A stretch of DNA of 35,163 bases from a virus. Its lineage: Duplodnaviria > Caudoviricetes. Under the pieces are notes generated by a model. That model was not told the DNA's origin and made no database searches. It was given only the letters and a program-made list of their open reading frames with translations. The translations under genes and the position numbers were made by a program. How positions within the stretch are numbered: position 1 is the first letter of the stretch; each line of letters begins with the position of its first letter. This document shows, one piece after another, positions 25,121 to 34,715 of the stretch. The stretch spans positions 1 to 35,163 of IMG/VR virus record IMGVR_UViG_3300027835_000013; one strand, given 5' to 3'.

Positions 25121-25870
25121 ATGCCGGAGACGGTTATAGGCACCCGAACCAAGTTAGAGTTGATGAGTAAGACACATGGAGCCATCAGGGTTCCATTGGC
25201 GCAATCATTTGACTACACCCCGAAGTACACGGAGAGAACAATCTTCGAGTTTGACCGAAGTGATGCTATTCTCATCGTGTCTGTGTTCGATGGGGTAGAT
25301 GTCAAGTTTGATTACTTCGACACAGATAGTCATTTGGTGGATTCAGTATTCAATGACCTTAGCCCTGCCGCTACTGTTACGAAGAATGACCCATCAACGC
25401 TTAAGCACTTCAACGGAATGTTGAACATTCGCTCTGAATCAACAGGGAAAATCTTTCAGAGTGTGTATATGAAAGAAGCCCGCGTGAAGGGATTTGCGGC
25501 AACGGAGCCAGTCCGAGAGGAATCAAAAATTACTGTTGATGCTTCTGCTCTGAACGTGATTCGGCTCAAGGGTGCGGCTATTATGTACGTCCGAATGTTG
25601 GATTTTGACCCCGACCCTGCCGTATTTCTTCAAGGGGCTTCAAACTCTGAAGTTGACTTAAACTTCCCCGATGTTCCAGGGCCATATGTCATTACCTTGC
25701 CCCACACGGCAGTTGCAATTGACCCTGCGGGTTCGCTGTCCTTGCGTGTTCTGAAGAATGGGAACGAAGTTACAACGGGGTTTACATTAACCACGACTAC
25801 CTTCACCGTTCCGACTGAACCCGCCGACACAGACATTTGGGAACTCTGGGCGGCGTATATTGATTCATAA
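25121..25870 (+). CDS. Major tail tube protein with C-terminal accessory beta domain
   Basis: Strong SD TAAGGAG, position between terminator and chaperone, beta-rich, followed by a terminator-like stem. Confidence 0.72.
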   Translation: MPETVIGTRTKLELMSKTHGAIRVPLAQSFDYTPKYTERTIFEFDRSDAILIVSVFDGVDVKFDYFDTDSHLVDSVFNDLSPAATVTKNDPSTLKHFNGMLNIRSESTGKIFQSVYMKEARVKGFAATEPVREESKITVDASALNVIRLKGAAIMYVRMLDFDPDPAVFLQGASNSEVDLNFPDVPGPYVITLPHTAVAIDPAGSLSLRVLKNGNEVTTGFTLTTTTFTVPTEPADTDIWELWAAYIDS

Positions 25871-25886
25871 TTTAGTGTGACAATTT

Positions 25887-25969
25887 TGAGGAGAGGTCAA
25901 AACGTCTGCCCGCGTATTCAGAATCCGTGACTCCCGACATGGTATCTGGACTTCTCCTCATTTTTTGTT
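25887..25969 (+). terminator. Terminator-like stem with a 50-nt loop and U-tract
   Basis: TGAGGAGAGGTC (25887-25898) pairs with GACTTCTCCTCA (25949-25960, one G-U), followed by TTTTTTGTT. Confidence 0.6.
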
Positions 25970-26013
25970 GACGTAATTGGGTCAGGTCTATCGGGAAAAC
26001 TATCGGAGGACAA

Positions 26014-26547
26014 ATGGAAAACACCGAGGCGCAAGACATAGTTGAGTCTGTTGCCAAAAATAGTGTTGTTACAAAAGCCTATGAGAAGCTAAATCGCAAA
26101 TGTGTAGACATGGATGTTCCTAGGCAATTGACATTGCTGGAAACTATTGAGTCGGTACTTATTTCGCTAAAGGCCGACTCTCCTGATAAAACAAACCAAA
26201 TCGCTGAAGCTGAACAGCAAATTGAGAGCCTTCGGAAAGACTCTATCATTGGCACGTTAGTCCCGCTCAAAACAACGGATATGTTCCTTGTCCAGGGCTT
26301 GATTGCGGAAACCGCCATGAAGGGTAAAGAGATGGGGTTCGAGATGGACGTTCAGCTTTTTATTATGACTAAAGCTGAACGATGTGGAACCATCTACCTA
26401 TCACTCAGAAAACGAAACAATATTGAGGAAAGATACTTCAAGAATCAAGAAGAAGTGTTAGAAGTCGATGACCGCGTAATGCAGGAAATAGTTAAGGTTT
26501 ATCGAGACAATTTTATGTTGACTGAGGTTGAAAGAAAAAACTCGTAA
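26014..26547 (+). CDS. Tail assembly chaperone (lambda gpG analogue)
   Basis: Position between tube and tape measure, SD GGAGG, ends ERKNS over a slippery heptamer. Confidence 0.82.
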   Translation: MENTEAQDIVESVAKNSVVTKAYEKLNRKCVDMDVPRQLTLLETIESVLISLKADSPDKTNQIAEAEQQIESLRKDSIIGTLVPLKTTDMFLVQGLIAETAMKGKEMGFEMDVQLFIMTKAERCGTIYLSLRKRNNIEERYFKNQEEVLEVDDRVMQEIVKVYRDNFMLTEVERKNS

Positions 26548-26735
26548 GGAGCGCCCTATTTACTAATCGGCTTCATCTGGCGCGTTCCTACGGATTAAAT
26601 ATTTTTGAAGCCGACTCAATAGAAAATCTAACTATTGAGCAGTATTATGCCCTTGTAGAGGCGACTATCGAAGCTGCTAATCAAGCTACAGGGAGGGATT
26701 CAGGAAGAACTGTATCTATACGGACTAAACCCTAA
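26014..26735 (+). CDS. Frameshifted tail assembly chaperone (gpGT analogue), -1 slip at 26535-26541
   Basis: In-phase A AAA AAC. The -1 frame is open for 64 codons (LVRSALFTNRLHLARSYG...SIRTKP) to TAA 26733-26735, which overlaps the tape measure ATG. Confidence 0.85.
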
Positions 26736-28924
26736 TGGCATCTCAGCTATCCCTACGCATATCAAGCCAACTTGACAAGAAAGGCTTTGACGACTTCAAA
26801 CGGGAGTCCAAAGGTCTAGTTGATAATATTCGACAAGCCAATACCTCCACCCAAAACCTTGCGGAATCGTTTTCTAATCTGGGAAGCATTTTGGTTGGAG
26901 TTTTTGCGGCTAGTGGGATTAAGGCTTTTGTTGCAGCGGCCTTAGAAACGGATAGGTCGGTAGCTATCATCGCGGGTCGCTTTAAAGCGTTAGGAGATGC
27001 TGGCATTACGTCGGCTCAGGACGTTGAGGCCCTAACCGCCTCTCTTGCTAGGACTAGTCAGTTTTCACAGACTGAATTACTTGCGGCTTTGAACGCTACT
27101 CTCCGAACCGCCAAAAGTTCAGGTGAGGCATTTAATGTTCTTGCTACAGCCCAGACCCTTGCGGCGGCAACTGGTAAGGAAGTAGCAACTGCGGCTTTTG
27201 CGATTACCAGGGCGCAACAGGGGGGTACTCGACAGCTACAAATTATAACTGGCTTATCTTCCGCCCGAATCAAACAGCTTAATGATGAAGGAAAACTACT
27301 TGACGTTATTAATGCTAAGTTTAAGGACGCGGCAGAGGCGGCGGGAAGCACTTTAGCAGGTGAACTTAAAAAACTTGGTAATCGGTTTACGGAAATAGGG
27401 GAAAGTATAGGTCATCAACTTCTTCCATTTCTACAGTTTGCTATTGATACACTTAAAGCGATTCCTACCCCCCTCATTACAGCGGCAACTGCTACACTTG
27501 CGTTTTTAGTTGCAACAAAAGGAATCGCCTCCGCTCTTGCCGTCTTAGGGATTGGTTCGACAACAGCCAGCAAAAGTGTTTCAGCATTAGGAGTGTCGGC
27601 TGTGGGTACGGCGGCCCAGATGTCTGTATTGAAAACTGCGGTAACTCAAACTACGGTAGAGGTAGAGAGATATGGAGTGGCAATTGGTTCGAGGGGCGTA
27701 CAAACAGGAGGATTCAAAGCAGCACTTTCGGGAATTGGGGCAGCAATTCCTGGTCTTGCATTAACTGGTGGGATAGCAGCTATAGAGCTATTCGTTGCAA
27801 GTTACCAGGCGGGTACAGACAAAATCAATGAAGCTACTGCTGCGATGAATCTCAAATTTTCTGGGGTTCCTGAAGCTCTAAAAGACAACCTCAAAGCACT
27901 TGGTTCTCTTGAACAGCAATCCCAAGGAGCTAAAAATGCTATAGCTTTATTGAATGAGCAACTTGATAAATTACTAGCTCAGGGGATTAGTGGCGACCGA
28001 AATCGTATAGCACGTCAAACAGCCGAACGGGATAGACTCGTTGCAGAATCCCGTCAGATTCAGGAGCAAATAGACTTCCGCAAGAAACTTGAAGCCGAAG
28101 GTACGAAGGAAGAAGAAAAACGATTTAGGGAACTTACCCAAGCAAAAGATACTATTCGTGCAACTGACCTTTCCCGTGATATTGCCTTTCTTACTCAAGA
28201 ACTAGAAGATGACAAGATTCAAGGAGAAGAGCGGAAGGTTAGACAATTAAAACGGCAAAATGACCTTATTGAGATTCACCAATTAGGTTTGGCGCAAATT
28301 ATTAAAGCTCACGAAGACGCTAACCGAAAGCTAACTCTCTTAGAACAGGCGGTTGCAGCCATACGTCCAACGGAGGTATCCAAACTGGCCTCTGATGAAC
28401 AGGACAAAATCATTAACTCAGAATTGAGACTTCGTAATCGAAAGCTAGAAGTAGCAAAAACCGAAAAAGAAGATGCTATCCGAAAAGCTAAAGAAGAATT
28501 TGAAAACTCTTTTAAGACCGCCCAGGATAGAGAAGGTCTTGAAAAGAAAATCTCTGACGCTATTAAAGATGAGCGAGGTAAGCAACTCACTATTCACCAA
28601 GATTTTGAGGGGAAGATTAAAGATTTTGAGTTTAAGGGACGCAAAGACCTTCGAGAAGAAGAGCGTCGAAAAGTTGACGAATTGGCCCGCCAGCAGGAAA
28701 GGAGAATCGACCAAGAGGAAACGCTAAAACAAGCAACTAAAAAGCGCCTTGGTCTGCTAGAGGAACAAAGGATTCCTGCCGTTGTAGAAATCAAGACAGT
28801 GGAATTTTCGGGAAACCTCACACAACAAATTACAGATGAGTTTAGGAAGAAGCTAGGGGATAACTTTATTATCATTAAGGTAAAGGAACCTGTGACAGCC
28901 ATAGCCCCGTCAGGTAAACACTAA
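26735..28924 (+). CDS. Tape measure protein
   Basis: Follows the chaperone. Ala-rich helical N-half, hydrophobic segments, charged coiled-coil C-half. Confidence 0.9.
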   Translation: MASQLSLRISSQLDKKGFDDFKRESKGLVDNIRQANTSTQNLAESFSNLGSILVGVFAASGIKAFVAAALETDRSVAIIAGRFKALGDAGITSAQDVEALTASLARTSQFSQTELLAALNATLRTAKSSGEAFNVLATAQTLAAATGKEVATAAFAITRAQQGGTRQLQIITGLSSARIKQLNDEGKLLDVINAKFKDAAEAAGSTLAGELKKLGNRFTEIGESIGHQLLPFLQFAIDTLKAIPTPLITAATATLAFLVATKGIASALAVLGIGSTTASKSVSALGVSAVGTAAQMSVLKTAVTQTTVEVERYGVAIGSRGVQTGGFKAALSGIGAAIPGLALTGGIAAIELFVASYQAGTDKINEATAAMNLKFSGVPEALKDNLKALGSLEQQSQGAKNAIALLNEQLDKLLAQGISGDRNRIARQTAERDRLVAESRQIQEQIDFRKKLEAEGTKEEEKRFRELTQAKDTIRATDLSRDIAFLTQELEDDKIQGEERKVRQLKRQNDLIEIHQLGLAQIIKAHEDANRKLTLLEQAVAAIRPTEVSKLASDEQDKIINSELRLRNRKLEVAKTEKEDAIRKAKEEFENSFKTAQDREGLEKKISDAIKDERGKQLTIHQDFEGKIKDFEFKGRKDLREEERRKVDELARQQERRIDQEETLKQATKKRLGLLEEQRIPAVVEIKTVEFSGNLTQQITDEFRKKLGDNFIIIKVKEPVTAIAPSGKH

Positions 28925-29362
28925 ATGTCTCAGCGCGTAGATGTAGAGTGGCGAAAAGGAACAGACGGGTTGGGAGGAACTTATACGTTCTTTCCTCGTC
29001 CTTCTCTTACCCGCCCCGTGACAGGACAAAAAAAGGTCGAGTTCAAAATCCCTCTTTTAACAGGGAGCGTCACACAACTCCTAGGTAAAGACTCCGACAC
29101 AATTATTCTAACTGGAGTATTAGTACAAGCCGATGCTAGTAACTTTGATGCTCTAGATACTCAAAGGAGAAATCTTGTTTCTGGGGTTGGTAATGGCGTA
29201 GGGCAACTTCATATTATTTCCAATCTTGGCAATCCCGATAGTAAGCATATATTCTACCGAGCGATTCCCACAAAAATAGATTTCAAAGAACAGACCAATT
29301 CCCAATTATTAGATTACACAATTGACTTGCTCCTATCCGACCCAACGGAGAATATTGTTTAA
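28925..29362 (+). CDS. Distal tail (Dit)-like protein
   Basis: Directly after the tape measure. IP...GS..Q.LG.....I.LTG, YTIDL. Confidence 0.6.
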   Translation: MSQRVDVEWRKGTDGLGGTYTFFPRPSLTRPVTGQKKVEFKIPLLTGSVTQLLGKDSDTIILTGVLVQADASNFDALDTQRRNLVSGVGNGVGQLHIISNLGNPDSKHIFYRAIPTKIDFKEQTNSQLLDYTIDLLLSDPTENIV

Positions 29363-31323
29363 TGTCAAACTTTATAGTAGATACTGGTGGAACCCTCTTT
29401 ACAAATCTAATCTCTTATTATAAGCTTGAAGAGGCCACAGGGACGAGGGTAGATTCGGTTGGTACTAACAATCTCACCGATAATAATGCAGTAACTAATG
29501 GGACTGGTATAAGAGGCAATGCCGCACAATTCGCCAGAGCCAGTAATCAAAATCTCACGCACGTTGACAATGCCGCCCTCTCAACAGGAGATATTGATTT
29601 TACATTTGCGGGTTGGGTCTTCTTGGACTCCAAACCAAGTCAAATGGGGATTGCTGGAAAAGGAGACGGTGGGGGCGCAACAAGTGATGAGTGGAGAGTA
29701 GAATATCTTGGAGGAGTCACAGACCGATTCCTATTTATTGTACGGGGTGGAACGGCGGCTGTAATTGCGAATAATTTTGGTTCTCCTGCTACCGGAACGT
29801 GGTATTTCATTGTGGTGTGGCATGATTCCGTAGGCAACACTATTAACATTTCCGTAAATAATGGAACAGCAGATAGTACAGCGTTCTCCGGTGGCCCAAA
29901 CGATACAACCAGTGGATTTGTAATTGGGAATGGATTTAATCCCATCATCTCCGCCTACTCTTGGGATGGAAAAGTTGATGAGGCAGGTTTTTGGAAAAAA
30001 CTTCTATCAAGTCAGGAGAAGATTGACCTTTACAATGGCGGTACTGGAAATACCATCACGAATGTAACGACTTCTACAAAAACCATCAACGCAAATACGA
30101 ACATTAAGACGACCTTAACTAAAACGATAGATGCAAATACTAATCTCATCACCGCGCAGAATACAGATACTATCAACGCCAACACAGACATCTTTGGAGC
30201 TTTACATACGGAAACGATAACAGCGAATACTGTTATTAAAGTAATTGCGACCAAGACGATTGACGCTGTAACATTTATCAAAAAGACTATTCTGCAACCA
30301 ATAGGCGCTGTTACCACCATCTTGCTCCGACCCACCAAAACAATATCTGCAAATACAACCATACTTGCGAGAGAGCCAAACCTTGTCCTTTACAAAGAAT
30401 CTGACCTCTCAACTCCTGTTGGAACTTTAAGCAACCCATTAAATTTTGGGACTGTGGATGCGGGAACTACTGTACTACAGGTTAATAACCCCTTTGTTCT
30501 ATTCAATGATAAGGGCGGTACGCTCAAGTCATTTGATGCTAGAGAGGTCACAATCAGCGTTGTTGAATTTAATCTGGTCGATGAATTATTGGGGTCAAGT
30601 AATGGGTTAGCAAGCCAGTTGTTTACAGTGGCATTTCCTCCGGCTGTAGACAACAATGATAAAATTACGATAAAGGTCAACAATATTGGTTGGACAAGAG
30701 TATCTTCTTTTGCAGGATTCCAGCCTACGTCTGAGATATATACCTTTAACGCCACAACAGGAACCATCACATTCGGAGATGGTCTACAGGGCAAAATTCC
30801 TCCTGCTGGAAATAGCATCAAAGCCTCTTATACGCCCGACACACAGCTATTCGGAAAACAGGCCATTGAACAATTGTGGATTGGGGTACAATCCAGTGGA
30901 GTGATTTCCAACAATATAACCACCCAACTTGAGGAAAGGAACGCTACGGATACAACTCATGTCCAAATTATTCACCATCCCAAAGTTGTATCTGTGAGCG
31001 GCGTTTGGTTAGCAACAGACCCGAATCGTCTCGGCACAAATTATTTTACTGGTGGGGGGTTCAACGACCAGACAGGAATCATTAACCTCGGAACTCCGCT
31101 TCCAAGTATTCAACGAGTTCTTGTAGATTATGTATACACAATTGCGGATGATGCGGAGGGTATCTTTACGCAACTGAATGATGTAGTTACCCATACTTTC
31201 ACCAACTCTATTCCCTCTAACAACGCAAAAAGATTGAACTTCCTGGCCGCGATTCCAAGTGATGCTTCATCATCAGGGCTAGCGACCATAAAGCTCAAGG
31301 TAAGAATCACATATAAAATCTAA
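29362..31323 (+). CDS. Tail-tip/baseplate protein with N-terminal LamG domain and 14-15-aa repeat stalk
   Basis: LamG motifs, seven TKTI.A.T.I-type repeats (30076-30363), baseplate-type GSSNGLASQ.F...GTITFGDG..GKIPPAG..I.ASY. Confidence 0.78.
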   Translation: MSNFIVDTGGTLFTNLISYYKLEEATGTRVDSVGTNNLTDNNAVTNGTGIRGNAAQFARASNQNLTHVDNAALSTGDIDFTFAGWVFLDSKPSQMGIAGKGDGGGATSDEWRVEYLGGVTDRFLFIVRGGTAAVIANNFGSPATGTWYFIVVWHDSVGNTINISVNNGTADSTAFSGGPNDTTSGFVIGNGFNPIISAYSWDGKVDEAGFWKKLLSSQEKIDLYNGGTGNTITNVTTSTKTINANTNIKTTLTKTIDANTNLITAQNTDTINANTDIFGALHTETITANTVIKVIATKTIDAVTFIKKTILQPIGAVTTILLRPTKTISANTTILAREPNLVLYKESDLSTPVGTLSNPLNFGTVDAGTTVLQVNNPFVLFNDKGGTLKSFDAREVTISVVEFNLVDELLGSSNGLASQLFTVAFPPAVDNNDKITIKVNNIGWTRVSSFAGFQPTSEIYTFNATTGTITFGDGLQGKIPPAGNSIKASYTPDTQLFGKQAIEQLWIGVQSSGVISNNITTQLEERNATDTTHVQIIHHPKVVSVSGVWLATDPNRLGTNYFTGGGFNDQTGIINLGTPLPSIQRVLVDYVYTIADDAEGIFTQLNDVVTHTFTNSIPSNNAKRLNFLAAIPSDASSSGLATIKLKVRITYKI

Positions 31324-31345
31324 GTAACCGAAAGGTGGTGATATA

Positions 31346-31810
31346 ATGCCAAGTATCTTTGAGTTCTCAGAAAGCAATAGTGCCGGAGAAACCGTTACCA
31401 ATGGGATATTGAATGTCAACTTCGGTAATCTCGATTCTCCAAATCTGTCCACTCCGAACAATAGAGTAGTTGCCGGATTGAACAGTTTTGAGAAGTGGTT
31501 TCGAGGACACTTTACCGGAACGTACACCACGATTGATAACCTGAAGTTCTGGAAATCCGCAGGGTCACTCGGAACCGGAGTCAGTATTAAGGCCGCAGTA
31601 AACGCGGCGTTTGCTACTCCAACGGACAGCACATCAGTTGTTGCGACGGCTAATGTTCCCACAGTGGTAGGAAGTGCGCTTGTCCCAACAAGTCCAGGTG
31701 CTTCCCCGTCATATGATGGGTACATAATTATGCAACTTCAGACAACTGGAGCGGCAAGCCCAGGTTCGATAGGTACACAAACTTTTTCGTTGAGATTCGA
31801 CGAGGTTTAA
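31346..31810 (+). CDS. Beta-rich virion protein
   Basis: SD-like AAAGGTGGTGA. Motifs NSFEKWFR.HF, IDNLKFW, YIIMQLQ. Confidence 0.65.
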   Translation: MPSIFEFSESNSAGETVTNGILNVNFGNLDSPNLSTPNNRVVAGLNSFEKWFRGHFTGTYTTIDNLKFWKSAGSLGTGVSIKAAVNAAFATPTDSTSVVATANVPTVVGSALVPTSPGASPSYDGYIIMQLQTTGAASPGSIGTQTFSLRFDEV

Positions 31811-31811
31811 G

Positions 31812-31876
31812 GGCAATCCAATGCTCGTTTAAGCAATAAGACATGGATTGCCGAAGGGAATACAATTCCTTCGGCA
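31812..31876 (+). promoter_or_regulatory. Two overlapping hairpins in the intergenic region
   Basis: GGCAATCCA (31812-31820)/TGGATTGCC (31844-31852) and TGCCGAAGG (31849-31857)/CCTTCGGCA (31868-31876). Confidence 0.55.
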
Positions 31877-31896
31877 CAACTCTAGGAGACAATTCA

Positions 31897-32337
31897 ATGT
31901 CAAAACTTACCTTAGTCTGGATGGCATATTTTCAAGGCGGGAAACTGCTCTACCAATTTGAGGATGAAGAGCAGACCAAAGAGCACCTATTCAAAGAAGT
32001 ACTTGACCGCCAGGACGACCTCAAACTATTCTCGCTCATCAATACGAAATCCAACCGTATCTATCAGATTGACCTTGAAAACGGACGATTTCGTTTTTTT
32101 GCTCCTGGGTTTGTAGCGAGTCCCGAAGACGTGGTGGAAGGTTCAACTGAAAATAAATATCGCCTCATCCACTTTAGACGAATCGAAAAGTCATTCGCCT
32201 ATGGCGCAACCTCAACAATTGAAGAGCTTTCAACCTCTATAAAATATTTTCTTGGTTATCAGTACACTACCACTGAAGGAAAAAATATCAAACACATGGC
32301 CCAAATCACGGATAATGATGAGGTCTACTTAGTATAG
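31897..32337 (+). CDS. Hypothetical phage protein
   Basis: SD AGGAG at 31884 favours ATG 31897. Motifs W.A....G..L.Q, RLIHFRR, YFLGYQ. Confidence 0.68.
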   Translation: MSKLTLVWMAYFQGGKLLYQFEDEEQTKEHLFKEVLDRQDDLKLFSLINTKSNRIYQIDLENGRFRFFAPGFVASPEDVVEGSTENKYRLIHFRRIEKSFAYGATSTIEELSTSIKYFLGYQYTTTEGKNIKHMAQITDNDEVYLV

Positions 32338-32339
32338 CA

Positions 32340-34715
32340 ATGCCAACTAACACGAAATTCATAGACTCTATTTCAACTATTGCTCTCCGCAACGTGGAGT
32401 TCATAGGCCATATCATTTCTGAGCGAGCAGGAATAGTTGATGAGGAGACTCACATCATTGTTGACCAACCACTTCCTACGGCTCCCGTCATCGCTACTGC
32501 AACCGACCTGAAATACGGAGATACGATACGGCTTGTTTGGGCGGGGGGGGGGCCGTTCTTCAACGTCTACTACAAGAAGACCATCGACATAACTTATATT
32601 CGTGCGAATGGGACTCCTTTACCTGGGGCTACGACTCAATATGATGTTGGTGGATTAGAGGTTAATGTAGCCTACAACTTTATTGTGAGGGGGGTCAACG
32701 GGGCTGGAACCGAAAGCGCCAACTCAAATGTCAAAACGGCAACGCCGACCCTAGACCTTGGACTATCTAAATTTGTCACGCCTACATGGTCGGTGGTTAT
32801 AAATAATGTGACGCGAACCGACGCAGTATTATCAAGTGTTGAACTTGGTTATGGCTCTAGTATCTCGAACGCGATTTTCTCTATCAAGAAAGACCCCGAT
32901 GAAGTGGGATTTCCTAATTACAACGATGATGTTCAGATATTCGTAAATAGTCGTCAGGTACTAAAAGGGAAAATTAAAGGCATTACATCGAAAATTTCCA
33001 TCAGTGGTTTGGAGAAAACCTTTACGGTCTTGAGCAACATTAGTAAATATCAAGATGATGTCGTTTCAGTGGCTAATTCTTTCTTTAACGTGAGGGCATC
33101 TCTCTTTAATGTTCAGCGTCAGGTCAATGTCCAAACCTTTACAGATTCTACTGGAACGCCGAGTAAGAAAAATGCTCCTGCAATCTTACAAGCAATTCTA
33201 GGCTTTATACCTAGTGGAACCCTCGATGACTTCCCAGGTGAAGTTCATCTTACTGATGAGACTTTACTATCGGCTACGGATACTGTCATCAAGAAGCTTG
33301 GAAACTTCAAAATATTCTTTAACCAATCTACCGAGCTTATAGAATTTTACAAATTTGGGGAGGGCGGGGATGTGACCCGTCAATTTGTGAAAGGTGAAAA
33401 TCTAATCGACTTTAACATAACGGAAAATCGGCGGGATATTGTAGACCAACTAACACTTATTGGCCCCCCAAGGGCAGTTAGAAAGACGGCTCTACTAGAC
33501 CCAACTTCCCTAGATTTTCAACAAGATGCGTCAGGCGCACGGCATTTGACATTTACTCTTGTTGGGAAGAATGTCCGAGAAATTGAGATAATTGGGACTT
33601 CGAGAGATAAACCTACCTATGAACATGGGCATATTTATGTGCTTCCCGAAGACATGGGATTCCTGCCTGGGCTTACTTTTATTGATACTCCAACATTGAC
33701 CCCCGATGCAGTTCAATCACAACTCAACTTCGACCTAGCGGCTATTGATGCCGATACTACTAAGACTGACCAAGAAAAGGCTAAAGCTAAAGCTCAGGCT
33801 CAGATTGATGCCGCAAAGATAGCAACTTCTGAACTAAATATTCCAAATCTATTTGTACCAGAGTTTGCTCAATGGCCCATCAATATATTTTCAGAAGTAC
33901 CTGAAGGAAGTATGCAAGGCGATTTTGGGTTTCGACAAAATATAACTCATATTGCTGACCGCCCCACCAGTCAAAATACTGTTTCAACAGATATTGAATT
34001 TTTTGACAAAAATACTGCAAAGGTATTTATCAATGAAGTTCCCAAAGTCTACTATCACTCGGAAATTACCCGTTCGGTTGAGAATAAAAAGATTGGTATT
34101 CCCTCTGACCCAGGAGCAACAACGGAGGTTACTGTTTTAACAAGTATATGGCACGCTCCAGGTTTTATGCGAGTCTTTTATACTGTGGACGGTGATAGAC
34201 CAACCGTTGTGCGTGGGAGTGGGACAGTCAAACGAACGATTACCGACGAGCAGTACCAAATTATTAACGATAATGTTTCAGCCCCTCCCTTCGCCCGTCC
34301 ATTTGATAACGAGGCCGAGATACTAGAGGCAATGAATGATAGAGCCGATGCCGAATTTGAACAATTAAATCGTCCCAAAATAAGTGGCTCAATCACCATT
34401 TTAGGTGACGAGACTGTTGACCTCAAAAGTACAGTCATTATCAATGGACAACGGCTCGATGTGACAAGAGTTGCACATAGCTTTACTAATGGATTTACTA
34501 CCCAAATTTCTCTAACCAATGAACCTTTCATTGAAGTGGGGGTATTTATTCCTACTGAGCGACTTCCACTTCCCCCAACAAAATTTGCTCAAATTGATTT
34601 TAAGATTGAATTTTCCGATGTCACACAAAACCAAAACTTTCAGACTAATAGGCAGAACGAATTTATAAAGCAAATAAAAGCGGCAGGAGTTCCCGTAGCA
34701 AGGTATCAATTATAA
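32340..34715 (+). CDS. Baseplate hub/Tal-like tail protein with N-terminal fibronectin type III domain
   Basis: FN3 pattern PTAP..ATA......IRLVW....FNVYY...Y.V.GL.....YNF.VRGVN.AG.ES..S. Hub-like KGENL and SGSITILG....DL...V.......VTRVAHSF. Confidence 0.72.
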   Translation: MPTNTKFIDSISTIALRNVEFIGHIISERAGIVDEETHIIVDQPLPTAPVIATATDLKYGDTIRLVWAGGGPFFNVYYKKTIDITYIRANGTPLPGATTQYDVGGLEVNVAYNFIVRGVNGAGTESANSNVKTATPTLDLGLSKFVTPTWSVVINNVTRTDAVLSSVELGYGSSISNAIFSIKKDPDEVGFPNYNDDVQIFVNSRQVLKGKIKGITSKISISGLEKTFTVLSNISKYQDDVVSVANSFFNVRASLFNVQRQVNVQTFTDSTGTPSKKNAPAILQAILGFIPSGTLDDFPGEVHLTDETLLSATDTVIKKLGNFKIFFNQSTELIEFYKFGEGGDVTRQFVKGENLIDFNITENRRDIVDQLTLIGPPRAVRKTALLDPTSLDFQQDASGARHLTFTLVGKNVREIEIIGTSRDKPTYEHGHIYVLPEDMGFLPGLTFIDTPTLTPDAVQSQLNFDLAAIDADTTKTDQEKAKAKAQAQIDAAKIATSELNIPNLFVPEFAQWPINIFSEVPEGSMQGDFGFRQNITHIADRPTSQNTVSTDIEFFDKNTAKVFINEVPKVYYHSEITRSVENKKIGIPSDPGATTEVTVLTSIWHAPGFMRVFYTVDGDRPTVVRGSGTVKRTITDEQYQIINDNVSAPPFARPFDNEAEILEAMNDRADAEFEQLNRPKISGSITILGDETVDLKSTVIINGQRLDVTRVAHSFTNGFTTQISLTNEPFIEVGVFIPTERLPLPPTKFAQIDFKIEFSDVTQNQNFQTNRQNEFIKQIKAAGVPVARYQL

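Noticed and set aside
24400-25200. Group I intron around the GIY-YIG gene
   Set aside because: Flanking genes are complete and there is no non-coding space for a ribozyme core.
23892-25870. Contractile tail sheath
   Set aside because: No sheath-sized gene between terminator and tube. The baseplate-like motif in 29362..31323 is not sufficient on its own.
1129-30060. Diversity-generating retroelement (TR/VR pair) suggested by the duplicated LamG region
   Set aside because: No reverse transcriptase in the window, differences are not adenine-specific, and both copies are full coding domains.
79-34709. Numerous minus-strand and nested alternative-frame ORFs in the track
   Set aside because: They lie inside well-supported + strand genes, lack motifs and look like shadows of the coding strand.
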